Shown: positions 17,481 through 28,555 of the stretch, piece after piece
Layout of the letters: every line of letters begins with the position of its first letter
Position numbering within the stretch: position 1 is the stretch's first letter
Position numbers and translations under genes: made by a program
Assembly: GCA_041694715.1 (NCBI GenBank)
Contig: JBGFSF010000016.1
Span: 8,097-72,096 of the forward strand
Length of the DNA stretch: 64,000 nucleotides
Origin: Pseudomonadota bacterium
Lineage (GTDB): Bacteria > Pseudomonadota > Gammaproteobacteria > Burkholderiales > Thiobacillaceae
Direction of reading: 5' to 3'
The notes under the pieces: generated by a model
What the model saw: only the letters and a program-made list of their open reading frames with translations
What the model was told of the DNA's origin: nothing
The model's database searches: none

Positions 17481-18295
17481 TGACGCCGCTTGCCAGCCGC
17501 GTGCTGACCGCCGTCCTGCTGCTGGGCGTGTTCGTGCCGGCGGTGCTGTGGGCGCCGGCCTGGCTGTGGGGCGTGCTGATGGCGGCCGTCGTCGGCCTGG
17601 CGGCGTTCGAGTGGGCGCGCCTCAGCCATTTCGGTCCGCGTGGCGCGCGCGCCTACGCCGGTGCGCTGGCGCTCGCAGCGCTGCTGGCGCCGCACTGGCT
17701 GGCGGCGCAGTGGGGCGCCGTCCAGGCCGGGCTGATCGGCCTGGCCGCGGCCTTCTGGCTGCTGGTCGCGCCGTTGTGGCTGGCCGGACAATGGCGCGTC
17801 CTGCACGGTGGCGCGCGCGCCCTGGTGGGGGCGGTGGTGCTGCTGCCGACCTGGGCGGCGCTGCTCGAACTGCACGCGCGCGGACCGGCGGTGTTGCTCG
17901 GTGTCATGGCCATCGTGTGGATCGCCGATTCCGCCGCCTATTTCGCCGGCCGCCGCTTCGGCCGCCACAAGCTCGCGCCTGCGATCAGCCCGGGCAAGAC
18001 CTGGGAGGGCGTCGCGGGCGCGCTCGTCGCGCTCGCCCTGTATGCGGCGCTCATCGGCGCCTACGCCGGCCTGCCGCTGCTGTCCCTGCTGGCCATGCTG
18101 GCCATGCTCGCCGGCCTGCTCTATCTCTCCATCCTCGGCGACCTGTTCGAATCCTGGATCAAGCGCGTGTCCGGCATGAAGGACAGCGGCACCCTGCTGC
18201 CCGGCCACGGCGGCGTGCTCGACCGCATCGACGCGCTGACTTCGACGCTGCCGATCGCCGCCGGCATGCTGTTGTGGCTCGAGCGTTCGGCATGA
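17480..18295 (+). CDS. cdsA: Phosphatidate cytidylyltransferase
   Basis: Multi-TM; [18 protein letters not shown]...[18 protein letters not shown]. Confidence 0.95.
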   Translation: MTPLASRVLTAVLLLGVFVPAVLWAPAWLWGVLMAAVVGLAAFEWARLSHFGPRGARAYAGALALAALLAPHWLAAQWGAVQAGLIGLAAAFWLLVAPLWLAGQWRVLHGGARALVGAVVLLPTWAALLELHARGPAVLLGVMAIVWIADSAAYFAGRRFGRHKLAPAISPGKTWEGVAGALVALALYAALIGAYAGLPLLSLLAMLAMLAGLLYLSILGDLFESWIKRVSGMKDSGTLLPGHGGVLDRIDALTSTLPIAAGMLLWLERSA

Positions 18296-19491
18296 GCGGG
18301 CAAGGCATGACGCCGCGCGTGCTCACCATCCTCGGCGCGACCGGCACCATCGGCGTCAATACGCTCGACGTGGTGGCGCGCCACCCCGACCGCTTCGAAA
18401 TCTTCGCGCTCACCGGCGCGACCCAGGTCGAGCGCATGTTGGAGCAGTGCCGCACCCATCGCCCGCGCTACGCGGTGATGAGCGAGCCGGCCGCCGCCGC
18501 AGCGCTGCGCACGCGGGTCGCTGCCGAGGGGCTCGCGGTCGAGGTCCTCGAGGGCGTCGACGCCCTGACGGCGGTGGCGACCGCGCCCGAGATCGACACC
18601 CTGATGGCCGCCATCGTCGGCGCCGCCGGCCTGCCGGCCACGCTTGCGGCGGCGCGGGCGGGCAAGCGCATCCTGCTCGCCAACAAGGAAACCCTGGTGG
18701 TGTCGGGGCAGATTTTCATGGATGCCGTCGCCGCCAGCGGCGCCGAGCTGCTGCCGATCGATTCCGAGCACAACGCCATCTTCCAGGCGCTGCCGCGCGA
18801 TTTTGGAGGCGACTTCCAGCAGGCCGGCGTGCAGGCCCTGTGGCTCACCGCGTCCGGCGGCCCCTTCCGTACGCTGTCGGCCGAGGCCATCGCCGCGGCG
18901 ACGCCGGCGCAGGCGGTCGCGCATCCGAACTGGGTGATGGGCAGGAAGATCTCGGTCGACTCGGCAAGCCTGATGAACAAGGGACTCGAGGTGATCGAGG
19001 CGCGCTGGCTGTTCAACGCGCGTCCCGAGCAGATCAAGGTGGTGGTGCACCCGCAGAGCATCGTGCATTCGATGGTCGAATACGTCGACGGCTCGGTGAT
19101 CGCGCAGCTGGGCACGCCCGACATGCGCACGCCGATCGCCTATGCACTGGGCTTCCCCGAACGCATCGACGCCGGCGTGTCGGCGCTCGAGCTGATGGGC
19201 AGGCAGTTGACCTTCGAGGCGCCGGACACGGCGCGCTTCCCCTGCCTGCAACTGGCGTTCGACGCGCTCGCCGCCGGCGGCAACGCGGCCGCGGTGCTGA
19301 ACGCCGCGAACGAAGTCGCGGTGGCGCGCTTCCTCGACGGCGCCGTGCCCTTCAACGCCATCGCCGACAGCATCGCCCACGCACTCGACCGGCTGGCCGG
19401 CGGCGCCGCGGCCACGCTCGACGACCTGCTCGAGGCTGACCGCCAGGCGCGCCGCGTCGCCGGCGACTATCTGGCGGCCTTGCGCGCATGA
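18292..19491 (+). CDS. dxr: 1-deoxy-D-xylulose 5-phosphate reductoisomerase
   Basis: [44 protein letters not shown]. Confidence 0.97.
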   Translation: MSGQGMTPRVLTILGATGTIGVNTLDVVARHPDRFEIFALTGATQVERMLEQCRTHRPRYAVMSEPAAAAALRTRVAAEGLAVEVLEGVDALTAVATAPEIDTLMAAIVGAAGLPATLAAARAGKRILLANKETLVVSGQIFMDAVAASGAELLPIDSEHNAIFQALPRDFGGDFQQAGVQALWLTASGGPFRTLSAEAIAAATPAQAVAHPNWVMGRKISVDSASLMNKGLEVIEARWLFNARPEQIKVVVHPQSIVHSMVEYVDGSVIAQLGTPDMRTPIAYALGFPERIDAGVSALELMGRQLTFEAPDTARFPCLQLAFDALAAGGNAAAVLNAANEVAVARFLDGAVPFNAIADSIAHALDRLAGGAAATLDDLLEADRQARRVAGDYLAALRA

Positions 19492-20840
19492 GCGTCCTGC
19501 ATACCGTCCTCTGGTTCCTCGTCGCCATCGGCATCCTGGTCGTGGTGCACGAATTCGGCCACTACCTCGCCGCGCGCTGGGCGGGGGTGAAGGTGCTGCG
19601 CTTCTCGGTCGGCTTCGGCAAGCCCTTGCTGACCCGGCGCTTCGGCCGCGACCAGACCGAATGGACGCTCTCCGCGCTGCCGCTTGGCGGCTACGTCAAG
19701 ATGCTCGACGAGCGCGAAGGCGAGGTGCCGCCCGCGGAGGCGCACCGCAGCTTCAACCGCGCCAGCGTGTGGCGGCGCATCGTCATCGTCTCGGCGGGGC
19801 CCGCGGCGAACTTCCTGCTCGCCATCGTCTTCTACTGGGCCCTGTTCATGCACGGCCTGCCTGCGCTCAAGCCCATTCTCGGCGAACCGCCCGCGGGCAC
19901 GCCGGCGGCGGTCGCGGGGCTCGTCGCGGGCGACGAGGTGCGCAGCGTCAACGGCACGGAAACGCCGTCGTTCCAGGACCTGCGCCTGGTGCTGCTGCGC
20001 GCCGGCGTCGCCGCCGACGCCATCGCGCTCGAGCTGACCGACGGCCGCACGGTGCGGCTCGACGTGACGTCGATGCAGACCGACAACCTGGAGCAGGACA
20101 TCCTGCGGCCGCTCGGCATCGTGCGCTACAGCCCGGACATTGCGCCGGTGATCGGCCAGGTGCTCGCCGATGGCGCGGCGGCGCGCGCCGGCTTCCAGGC
20201 CGGCGACCGCGTCCTGTCCGCCGACGGCGTGCCGATGGCGAGCTGGCAGGACTGGGTGCGCACCGTGCGAGCCCATCCTGCTGCCGCGCTGACGGTCGAA
20301 ATCGAACGGGCAGGGCAGCGCACGGTGCTGAACGTGGTGCCCGACGCCGTCGACGAGGGCGGCGAGCGCGTCGGCAGGATCGGCGCCGGCCCGCAGATCG
20401 AGGCATCGGTGACGGCAGCGCTGATGACCGAGATCCGTCACGGTCCGCTCGCGGCGCTGTGGCACGGCGCCGCGAAGACCTGGGAAATGAGCGTGTTCAC
20501 GCTGGAGATGCTTGGCCGCATGGTGCTCGGCCAGGTGTCGTGGAAGAACCTCTCGGGTCCGCTCACCATCGCCGACTACGCCGGGCAGAGCGCGACGCTG
20601 GGCTGGATCAGCTTCGTCGGCTTTCTGGCCCTGGTGAGCGTGAGCCTGGGCGTGCTGAATCTGCTGCCCATTCCCATGCTGGACGGCGGACACCTCATGT
20701 ATTATGTTGCCGAAGTTTTGACCGGGCGGCCCGTGTCCGAGCGGGTGATGGAGATCGGCGCCCGGGTGGGCATGTTGCTGCTGCTGCTGCTGATGTCGTT
20801 CGCCCTGTTCAACGATCTGCAACGCCTGATAGGTGGATGA
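19488..20840 (+). CDS. rseP: RIP metalloprotease RseP
   Basis: HEFGH, two PDZ domains, [12 protein letters not shown]. Confidence 0.96.
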   Translation: MSVLHTVLWFLVAIGILVVVHEFGHYLAARWAGVKVLRFSVGFGKPLLTRRFGRDQTEWTLSALPLGGYVKMLDEREGEVPPAEAHRSFNRASVWRRIVIVSAGPAANFLLAIVFYWALFMHGLPALKPILGEPPAGTPAAVAGLVAGDEVRSVNGTETPSFQDLRLVLLRAGVAADAIALELTDGRTVRLDVTSMQTDNLEQDILRPLGIVRYSPDIAPVIGQVLADGAAARAGFQAGDRVLSADGVPMASWQDWVRTVRAHPAAALTVEIERAGQRTVLNVVPDAVDEGGERVGRIGAGPQIEASVTAALMTEIRHGPLAALWHGAAKTWEMSVFTLEMLGRMVLGQVSWKNLSGPLTIADYAGQSATLGWISFVGFLALVSVSLGVLNLLPIPMLDGGHLMYYVAEVLTGRPVSERVMEIGARVGMLLLLLLMSFALFNDLQRLIGG

Positions 20841-23134
20841 AAACAATGACGAAACTGAACCGCTTGACGCTTGCCGTGGCTGCCGCGCTGGTCCTGTCCC
20901 CCGCCTACGCCGATGAGGCTTTCGTCGTGCGGGACATCCGGGTCGAAGGCATCCAGCGTACCGAGGCGGGCACCGTGTTCAGCTATCTGCCGGTGAAGGT
21001 CGGCGACCTCATGAACGAGGAAAAGACCGCAGCCGCGATCAAGGCGCTCTACGCGACTGGCTTCTTCACCGACGTGCGCATGGAAGCGCGTGACGGCGTC
21101 GTCATCGTCACCGTGCAGGAGCGCCCGTCGATCGCCAAGATCACGCTCAAGGGCATCAAGGAATTCTCCGAGGACGACCTCAAGAACGGCCTCAAGCAGA
21201 CCGGCCTCGCCGAAGGCCGCGTGCTCGACCGCGCGATGCTCGACAAGGCCGAACAGGAGCTGCAGCGCCAGTATTTCAACCGCGGCAAGTACGCGGTCGA
21301 GATCAAGTCGACGCTCACCCCGCTGGAGCGCAACCGCGTCGCCGTCCAGTTCGACGTGGTGGAAGGCGACAGCGCGAAGATCCAGCGCATTAACATCGTC
21401 GGCAACAAGGCGTTCAAGGAGAAGGAGCTCCTCGACCAGTTCACTTCGACCACGCCGGGCTGGCTGACCTGGTACACCAAGAACGACCAGTATTCCAAGG
21501 CGCGCCTGGGCGGCGACATTGAAGCCCTGCGCTCGTTCTACCTCAACCGCGGCTATCTCGAATTCAACGTCGAGTCGACCCAGGTTTCGATCTCGCCCGA
21601 CAAGCAGGGCATCTACATCACGGTGAACATCACCGAGGGCCCGCAGTACAAGGTCTCCGACGTCAAGCTGGCCGGCCAGATGCTGGTGCCGGAAGCCGAA
21701 CTGCAGAAGCTCATCACGGTGAAGCCGGGCGAGATTTTCGTGCGCGACCGCCTGACCGAATCGACCAAGAAGATCGGCGAGCGCCTCGGCAACGACGGCT
21801 ACGCCTTCGCCAACGTCAACGCCGTGCCCGAGCTCGACAAGGACAAGAACACGGTGGCCTTCACCCTGTTCGTCGACCCGGGCCGCCGTGTCTACGTCAA
21901 CCGCGTCAACGTGGCGGGCAACACCAAGACGCGCGACGAAGTGGTGCGCCGCGAGATCCGCCAGATGGAAGGCGCCTACTACGACGCCGAGAAGATCAAC
22001 CGCTCGCGCGACCGCATCAACCGCCTCGACTACTTCAGCGAAGTGAACGTCGAGACGCCGGCGGTGCCCGGCACCACCGACCAGGTCGACGTCAACGTCA
22101 GCGTGGCGGAAAAATCGACCGGCAACGTCATGCTCGGCGCCGGCTTTTCGTCGTCCGAAGGCCTCATCCTCTCGGGCTCCATCTCCCAGGCCAACGTGTT
22201 CGGCACCGGCAACCGGCTGTCGCTGCAGATCAACTCGGGCACCGTCAACACCGTGTACGCGGTGTCGTTCACCAACCCCTACTACACCATCGACGGCATC
22301 AGCCTCGGCTACGACCTCTACCGCCGCGACGTCGATTCGAGCGAGCTCGACAACACTGGTTACTTCGAGAACTCGACCCTCGGCTTCGGCGTGCGCTTCG
22401 GCCTGCCTGTCAACGAGCGCGATTTCATCACCCTCGGCGCGAGCTACGAGCAGAACAGCGTCAAGGTCAACAACACCAGCCCGACGCAGTGGCAGGGTTT
22501 CGTGACCACCTACGGCAACGACAACGACACGCTGCGTCTCGACGCGGCGTGGGCGCGCGACACCCGCGACAACATCCTGTTCGCCTCGCGCGGCATGCTG
22601 CAGCGGATCGCGGCCGAGGTCGGTACGCCGATCGGCAGCCTGCAGTACTACAAGCTGTCGCTGCAGCATCAGCAGTATTTCTCGCTGAGCCGAGACTTCA
22701 CGCTGATGGTGAACGGCGAGCTGGGCTACGGCGACGGCCTGTCGGGCAAGCCGATGCCCTTCTTCAAGAATTTCTACGCCGGCGGCACCAGCTCGGTGCG
22801 CGGCTTCGAGAGCGGCACGCTGGGCCCGAAGGATCCCCTCACGGGCGATGCCCTCGGCGGCAACAAGCGCGTTGTCGCCAACGCGGAACTCTTCTTCCCT
22901 GTGCCGGGACTGAAGGATGACGGCGCGTTCCGCATGTCGGCCTTCTTCGATGCGGGTGCGGCCTTCGACACCAGCGAGACCTTCGACCTGGGCAGCCTGC
23001 GCTATTCCGCCGGGGTGTCGCTGCTGTGGGTGTCGCCGCTGGGTCCGTTGAAGTTCAGCCTCGCGCAACCGCTGGTCAGCAAGACCGGCGACAAGGAAGA
23101 GGTCTTCCAATTCTCCCTGGGCAATGCGTTCTAG
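20837..23134 (+). CDS. bamA: Outer membrane protein assembly factor BamA
   Basis: POTRA repeats (IRVEGIQR, GNTKTRDEVVRRE), VRGF motif, C-terminal FQFSLGNAF; the start may be ATG 20846. Confidence 0.97.
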   Translation: MKTMTKLNRLTLAVAAALVLSPAYADEAFVVRDIRVEGIQRTEAGTVFSYLPVKVGDLMNEEKTAAAIKALYATGFFTDVRMEARDGVVIVTVQERPSIAKITLKGIKEFSEDDLKNGLKQTGLAEGRVLDRAMLDKAEQELQRQYFNRGKYAVEIKSTLTPLERNRVAVQFDVVEGDSAKIQRINIVGNKAFKEKELLDQFTSTTPGWLTWYTKNDQYSKARLGGDIEALRSFYLNRGYLEFNVESTQVSISPDKQGIYITVNITEGPQYKVSDVKLAGQMLVPEAELQKLITVKPGEIFVRDRLTESTKKIGERLGNDGYAFANVNAVPELDKDKNTVAFTLFVDPGRRVYVNRVNVAGNTKTRDEVVRREIRQMEGAYYDAEKINRSRDRINRLDYFSEVNVETPAVPGTTDQVDVNVSVAEKSTGNVMLGAGFSSSEGLILSGSISQANVFGTGNRLSLQINSGTVNTVYAVSFTNPYYTIDGISLGYDLYRRDVDSSELDNTGYFENSTLGFGVRFGLPVNERDFITLGASYEQNSVKVNNTSPTQWQGFVTTYGNDNDTLRLDAAWARDTRDNILFASRGMLQRIAAEVGTPIGSLQYYKLSLQHQQYFSLSRDFTLMVNGELGYGDGLSGKPMPFFKNFYAGGTSSVRGFESGTLGPKDPLTGDALGGNKRVVANAELFFPVPGLKDDGAFRMSAFFDAGAAFDTSETFDLGSLRYSAGVSLLWVSPLGPLKFSLAQPLVSKTGDKEEVFQFSLGNAF

Positions 23135-23158
23135 GGCAGTCGTTACTGGAGTTCGATC

Positions 23159-23665
23159 ATGAAGTTCAAGCAGTTTGCAGTCACCCTCGCTCTTGCGGCC
23201 GCCTGCGCGGCCGCGCCCGCCCTGGCCAATACCAAGGTCGGCTTCGTCAATACCGAACGCCTGCTGCGCGAGGCGCCGCTGTCGGTCGCCGCGCAGAAGA
23301 AGCTCGAGCGCGAGTTCGCCGCACGCGACCAGGAACTGCAGAAGCTCGCCAAGCAGGCGCGCGACCTGCAGGCCCAGCTCGACAAGGACGGCGTGACCAT
23401 GCCGGAAAGCGAGCGCAAGGCCAAGGAGCGCGACCTCGGCAATCTCAACCGCGAACTGCAGCGGCAGGGCCGCGAGTTCCGCGAGGACCTCAACCTGCGT
23501 CGCAACGAAGAACTCGGCCAGATCCAGGAGCGCGCACGCAAGGCGATCCAGGACATCGCCAAGGCGGAGAAGTTCGACCTCATCGTCGAGCAGGCCGTCT
23601 ACGTCGACAACAAGATCGACATTACCGACAAGGTGATGCGCGCGCTGGGCACCAACGCCCGATAA
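23159..23665 (+). CDS. skp: OmpH/Skp periplasmic chaperone
   Basis: Signal peptide, KVGFVN, coiled coil, DITDKV; position after bamA. Confidence 0.93.
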   Translation: MKFKQFAVTLALAAACAAAPALANTKVGFVNTERLLREAPLSVAAQKKLEREFAARDQELQKLAKQARDLQAQLDKDGVTMPESERKAKERDLGNLNRELQRQGREFREDLNLRRNEELGQIQERARKAIQDIAKAEKFDLIVEQAVYVDNKIDITDKVMRALGTNAR

Positions 23666-23684
23666 TCGGCGCCGGGGTTTCCGC

Positions 23685-24713
23685 ATGGCCGTTTCCCTGG
23701 CAGCGCTGGTCGCCCGCTTCGGCGGTGAGCTCGTGGGCGACGGCGCTGTGACGGTGCGCCAGGTCGCACCGCTCGAGCGTGCCGGCCCGGACGAAATCGG
23801 CTTCGTCTCGCAGGCCAAATACCTCGCGCAGCTCGGTGCGACGCAGGCCGGGGCCGTCATCCTGCCGCCTGACGCGCGCGACGCCACCGAGCGGCCGCGC
23901 ATCCTGACGCCCAACCCCTACCTGTATTTCGCGCGCGTGTCGGCCTTGCTGAATCCGCCACCGCGTCCGCCGGCGGGCGTTCATCCGGCGGCGACCGTCG
24001 CCGCCGACGCGCAGATCGCCGCCGACGCCAGCATCGGCCCCGGCGTGGTGATCGGCGCGGGCGCCATGATTGGCGCCCGCAGCGTGATCGGCCCCAACTG
24101 CAGCGTCGGCGAAGGCGTGCGCATCGGCGCCGATTGCCTGCTGCACGCCAACGTCACCGTTTACTACGGCTGCGCCATCGGCGACCGGGCGATCCTCCAC
24201 TCCGGCTGCGTCATCGGTGCCGACGGCTTCGGCTTCGCGCCCGACGGCGAGCGCTGGGAGAAGATCCCGCAGATCGGCCGCGTCGTCATCGGCGACGACG
24301 TCGAGGTCGGTGCCTGCACCACCATCGACCGCGGCGCGCTGGAAGACACGGTGATCGGGGAGGGCGTCAAGCTGGACAACCTCATTCAGGTGGCGCACAA
24401 CGTGCAGATCGGCGCGCACACCGCGATCGCCGCGTGCACCGGCATTGCAGGCAGCGCGAAGATCGGCCGTCACTGCACCATCGGCGGCGCGGCGATGATC
24501 TTCGGCCACATCGAGATCGCCGACAACACCCGCATCTCGACCAACACGCTCATTACCAAGTCGCTGCCCACGGCGGGTACCTACACCTCGGCGCTGCCGT
24601 TCTCGGAGCACGAAGTGTGGCAGAAGAACGCCGTGCACATGCGCAACCTCGACAAGCTGGTGAAGCGCGTCAAGGCGCTCGAACAAAAACTCGGAGAACT
24701 GGAAAAGAAATGA
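23685..24713 (+). CDS. lpxD: UDP-3-O-acylglucosamine N-acyltransferase
   Basis: NPYLYFARV, hexapeptide repeats, [21 protein letters not shown]. Confidence 0.96.
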   Translation: MAVSLAALVARFGGELVGDGAVTVRQVAPLERAGPDEIGFVSQAKYLAQLGATQAGAVILPPDARDATERPRILTPNPYLYFARVSALLNPPPRPPAGVHPAATVAADAQIAADASIGPGVVIGAGAMIGARSVIGPNCSVGEGVRIGADCLLHANVTVYYGCAIGDRAILHSGCVIGADGFGFAPDGERWEKIPQIGRVVIGDDVEVGACTTIDRGALEDTVIGEGVKLDNLIQVAHNVQIGAHTAIAACTGIAGSAKIGRHCTIGGAAMIFGHIEIADNTRISTNTLITKSLPTAGTYTSALPFSEHEVWQKNAVHMRNLDKLVKRVKALEQKLGELEKK

Positions 24714-25150
24714 TCATGGACATCGAGCAGGTCATGCAGTACCTGCCGCATCGCTACCCCTTCCTGCTGATCGACAAGGTCACCGAGATGGAGCTCGGCA
24801 AGTCGATCACCGCAGTGAAGAACGTCACCATCAACGAGCCTTTCTTCCCCGGCCACTTCCCCGGCGCGCCGGTGATGCCGGGCGTGCTCATCCTGGAAGC
24901 GATGGCGCAGGCGGCGGCGATCCTGTCGTTCAAGACCAAGGGCTACGCGCCGGAGGACATCGGCATCGTCTACTTCGCCGGCATCGACGGCGCGCGCTTC
25001 AAGAAGCCGGTCAAGCCGGGCGACCAGCTGGTCCTGAAAATCGAGATCGTGCGCGAGATGCGCGGCATCTGGAAATACACCGGCCGCGCCGAAGTCGACG
25101 GCGCGCTCGTCGCCGAGGCCGAGCTGATGGCGACGCTGCGCGACAAGTGA
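24710..25150 (+). CDS. fabZ: 3-hydroxyacyl-ACP dehydratase
   Basis: [30 protein letters not shown]. Confidence 0.97.
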   Translation: MIMDIEQVMQYLPHRYPFLLIDKVTEMELGKSITAVKNVTINEPFFPGHFPGAPVMPGVLILEAMAQAAAILSFKTKGYAPEDIGIVYFAGIDGARFKKPVKPGDQLVLKIEIVREMRGIWKYTGRAEVDGALVAEAELMATLRDK

Positions 25151-25929
25151 GCATGGCGAAGATTCATCCCACTGCGCTGGTCTCCCCGGGCGCGCAACTT
25201 GCCGACGACGTCGAGATCGGCCCCTACACGATCGTCGGCGAGCACGTCGAGATCGGCGCCGGCACCACCGTCGGCGCGCACGCTGTCATCACCGGGCATA
25301 CGAAGATCGGGGCGCGCAACAAGATTTTCCACTTCGTCTCGCTCGGTGAGGCGCCGCAGGACAAGAAGTACGCCGGCGAGCCGACGCGCCTCGTGATCGG
25401 CGACGACAACGTCATTCGCGAGTTCTGCACCTTCAACACCGGCACCGTGCAGGACCGTGGCGTCACCACGATCGGCAGCCACAACTGGATCATGGCCTAC
25501 GTCCACATCGCGCACGACTGCGTGGTGGGCGACCGCACCATCTTCGCCAACAACGCCTCGCTTGCGGGGCATGCCGAAGTCGGCGACTGGGCCATCCTCG
25601 GCGGCTTCACCGGTGTGCACCAGTTCTGCAAGGTCGGCGCGCACGTGATGACCGGCATCTCGACCGTGGTGTTCAAGGACATCCCGCCCTTCGTCATGGC
25701 CTCGGGCCAGCCGGCGGCGCCGCATGGCCTCAACAGCGAAGGCCTCAAGCGGCGCGGCTTCTCCGCCGAGTCGTTGGCTGCGCTGAAGCGTGCGTACAAG
25801 ATCCTCTACCGCGAGGGCAACACCGTCGCCGAGGCGCAGGCGAAGCTCGAACCGGAGGCGGCGGCCCACCCCGAAGTGCGGCAATTGCTCGACTTCCTCG
25901 CGCGCGCCGAGCGCGGCATCATTCGCTGA
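25147..25929 (+). CDS. lpxA: UDP-N-acetylglucosamine acyltransferase
   Basis: [34 protein letters not shown]. Confidence 0.97.
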   Translation: MSMAKIHPTALVSPGAQLADDVEIGPYTIVGEHVEIGAGTTVGAHAVITGHTKIGARNKIFHFVSLGEAPQDKKYAGEPTRLVIGDDNVIREFCTFNTGTVQDRGVTTIGSHNWIMAYVHIAHDCVVGDRTIFANNASLAGHAEVGDWAILGGFTGVHQFCKVGAHVMTGISTVVFKDIPPFVMASGQPAAPHGLNSEGLKRRGFSAESLAALKRAYKILYREGNTVAEAQAKLEPEAAAHPEVRQLLDFLARAERGIIR

Positions 25930-27056
25930 TGGATATCGGTTTGATCGCCGGCGAAGCCTCCGGCGATCTGCTCGGTGCGCATTTCATCCAGGCCCTGAAA
26001 ACACGGCATCCCGACCTCAGTGCAGCCGGCATCGCCGGTCCGCGCCTGATCGAGGCGGGCGTTGACGCCATCTATCCGAGCGACAAGCTCGCCGTGAACG
26101 GCTACGTCGAGGTGCTCACGCACCTGCCGGAGCTCTTGTGGATCCGCTCGCGCATCACCCGCCATTTCCTGCGCGAGCGGCCGCGCGTCTTCGTCGGCAT
26201 CGACGCGCCCGACTTCAACTTCGCGCTCGAAGCGAAGCTCAAGGCCGCCGGCATCCCTACCGTGCACTTCGTCAGCCCGTCGATCTGGGCCTGGCGTCCC
26301 GAGCGCATTCACAAAATCAAGCAGGCGGTGTCGCATATGCTGGTGGTGTTTCCGTTCGAGGAGGCGATCTATCGCGACGCCGGCATCCCGGTGAGCTACG
26401 TCGGCCATCCGCTCGCCGACGTGATCCCGCTCGAACCCGATACCGCCGCTGCGCGCGCTGCGCTGGGGTTGGCGGACGGGCCAGTGATCGCCCTGCTGCC
26501 GGGCAGCCGCGTGTCGGAGGTGAAGCGCCACGCGCGCCTGATGCTCGACGCCGCACGCTTGATTCTTGCCCGCCAGCCGGACGCGCAGTTCGTGCTGCCG
26601 GCGGCGGGCCCGCGCGTGGCGGCATTGATCGAGCAGGCGCGCGCTGTCTATGAATTGCCGCTGACCGTGCTCGCCGGGCAATCGCACACGGCGCTCGCCG
26701 CTTGCGACGTCGCACTGGTCGCCTCCGGCACCGCCACGCTGGAAACCATGCTTTTCAAGAAGCCCATGGTCATCACCTATCGCGTGCCGGCGCTCACCGC
26801 ACGCCTCATGCGCAAGAAAGCGTTGCTGCCATGGATCGGCCTGCCGAACATCCTCGCGCGCGACTTCGTCGTGCCCGAGCGGGTGCAGGAAGACGCCACG
26901 CCCGAAAACCTGGCTGCCGACGCGCTCGCGTGGCTGGATGACGCGCCGCGCCGCAAAGCACTCGCCGAGCGCTTCCGGGCGATGCACGCAAGCCTGCGGC
27001 AGAATGCTGCAGTGCGCATCGCCGAGGCGCTCGCGCCCTACCTGGAGGGGGCCTGA
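25929..27056 (+). CDS. lpxB: Lipid-A-disaccharide synthase
   Basis: [31 protein letters not shown]. Confidence 0.96.
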   Translation: MDIGLIAGEASGDLLGAHFIQALKTRHPDLSAAGIAGPRLIEAGVDAIYPSDKLAVNGYVEVLTHLPELLWIRSRITRHFLRERPRVFVGIDAPDFNFALEAKLKAAGIPTVHFVSPSIWAWRPERIHKIKQAVSHMLVVFPFEEAIYRDAGIPVSYVGHPLADVIPLEPDTAAARAALGLADGPVIALLPGSRVSEVKRHARLMLDAARLILARQPDAQFVLPAAGPRVAALIEQARAVYELPLTVLAGQSHTALAACDVALVASGTATLETMLFKKPMVITYRVPALTARLMRKKALLPWIGLPNILARDFVVPERVQEDATPENLAADALAWLDDAPRRKALAERFRAMHASLRQNAAVRIAEALAPYLEGA

Positions 27057-27667
27057 TGCCGCGCGCCTCGGTGATCCTGGAAGTCGGCCCGCTCGGGCTG
27101 TGCGGCGTCGACGAGGCCGGCCGCGGCCCGCTCGCCGGACCGGTGACGGCGGCGGCGGTGATGCTTGATCCGGCGCGGCCGATCGCCGGGCTGCGCGATT
27201 CCAAGAAACTCTCGGCCGCCGCGCGCGAACGCCTGGCCGACGAAATCCGCGAGAAGGCCGCCGCGTGGTGCGTCGCCGAGGCGAGCGTCGGCGAAATCGA
27301 CACGCTCAACATCCTGCAAGCCACCCTGCTGGCGATGCAGCGCGCCGTCGCCGGGCTCGGGTGCGACCCCGACGAAGTCATGGTCGACGGCAACCGCTGT
27401 CCGCAGTGGGCGTGGCGCTCGCAGGCCGTCGTCAAGGGCGACGACAAGATCGCCGCCATCGCCGCCGCGTCCATCCTCGCCAAGACCGCGCGCGACGCCT
27501 TCATGGTCCGCCTGCACGCGGACTATCCCGTGTATGGCTTCGCGCAGCACATGGGCTACGGCACCGCCGCCCACCTCGACGCGCTGAAGGCGCATGGAGC
27601 GTGCCCGCAACACCGGCGCAGCTTTGGCCCCGTCAAGCTCGCCATCGATCAAGCCACGCTGTTCTGA
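27056..27667 (+). CDS. rnhB: Ribonuclease HII
   Basis: [35 protein letters not shown]. Confidence 0.97.
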   Translation: MPRASVILEVGPLGLCGVDEAGRGPLAGPVTAAAVMLDPARPIAGLRDSKKLSAAARERLADEIREKAAAWCVAEASVGEIDTLNILQATLLAMQRAVAGLGCDPDEVMVDGNRCPQWAWRSQAVVKGDDKIAAIAAASILAKTARDAFMVRLHADYPVYGFAQHMGYGTAAHLDALKAHGACPQHRRSFGPVKLAIDQATLF

Positions 27668-27677
27668 AAGGAAACCC

Positions 27678-28130
27678 ATGCAAATCGCCAATCTGCTCCA
27701 TGTCCTCGGTGTCGTCGTTTGGGTCGGCGGCATGTTCTTCGCCTACATGGCGCTGCGCCCGGTCGCCGCCAGCGTGCTCGAGCCGCCGCAGCGCCTCACC
27801 CTGTGGGCGGGTGTGTTCGGCAAGTTTTTTCCCTGGGTGTGGGTGTCGGTCGCGCTCATCCTCGCCACCGGCCTGCACCTGCTCGTCGGGATGGGCGGCG
27901 CGGACGCGCCGCTGCATGCGCTCGCCATGTTCGCGCTCGGCGTCGCCATGATGGCGATCTTCGCCCACGTCTTCTTCGCGCCCTACGGCCGCTTGAAGCG
28001 TGCTGTCGCCGCGCAGGACTGGAAAGCCGGTGGTGCCGCGCTCGCACAGATCCGCCAGCTCGTCGGCCTCAATCTCAGCCTCGGGCTGCTGACGATCGCG
28101 GTGGTGTTCCTCGGCCGCTTGTTCGCCTGA
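27678..28130 (+). CDS. CopD/DUF4149-like four-TM membrane protein
   Basis: LHVLGVVVWVGGMFF, four hydrophobic helices; AAGGA RBS. Confidence 0.7.
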   Translation: MQIANLLHVLGVVVWVGGMFFAYMALRPVAASVLEPPQRLTLWAGVFGKFFPWVWVSVALILATGLHLLVGMGGADAPLHALAMFALGVAMMAIFAHVFFAPYGRLKRAVAAQDWKAGGAALAQIRQLVGLNLSLGLLTIAVVFLGRLFA

Positions 28131-28163
28131 ACGAAGGAGCCGGCGCGGCGTAAGCCGCTCGTC

Positions 28164-28210
28164 CCCTGACCCCTGAATCCCGATCCCTGAGCCCTGGAGA
28201 CTCAGGGCTC
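28164..28210. repeat. Five tandem heptamers (CCCTGAN) ending in an 8-bp hairpin
   Basis: CCCTGAC-CCCTGAA-TCCCGAT-CCCTGAG-CCCTGGA; GAGCCCTG-N6-CAGGGCTC at 28189-28210. Confidence 0.75.
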
Positions 28211-28555
28211 CTCCTGCGCCGGCCCGGCCAGCAACTGCAGCGCCATTTCGCGGATCGTCGCCGGCCGCGCCTCGCACTGCAGTTCGGCATGGAAATGCCC
28301 GTCGCGGTAGAGGTAGATCGTCGGCAGATGGAAGATGCCGAAGTAGCGCGCCACCCCGGTCGCCTCGGCGACGTCGACTTCGAACAGGGCATCCGCCACA
28401 TCCGCCAGCGCCTGCGGCAGCCGCTGTTTCCAGGCACGGCAACTGCTGCAGTGCGGCGCACTGAACAGCACGACGGCTACACCGGGTGTCGCCGCGAGGT
28501 GGGCGTGGAAATCGCCCTCGCGCACACGTTCGAAATGCAGGGAAGCGTCAGACAT
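28202..28555 (-). CDS. Thioredoxin-like protein
   Basis: CxxC (APHCSSC), cis-Pro motif HLPTIYLY; TGATG coupling to the upstream gene. Confidence 0.85.
   Translation of the reverse strand: MSDASLHFERVREGDFHAHLAATPGVAVVLFSAPHCSSCRAWKQRLPQALADVADALFEVDVAEATGVARYFGIFHLPTIYLYRDGHFHAELQCEARPATIREMALQLLAGPAQEEP

Noticed and set aside
13653-27667. rpsB-to-rnhB cluster as a novelty
   Set aside because: Canonical proteobacterial order with intact motifs; no frameshift or insertion seen
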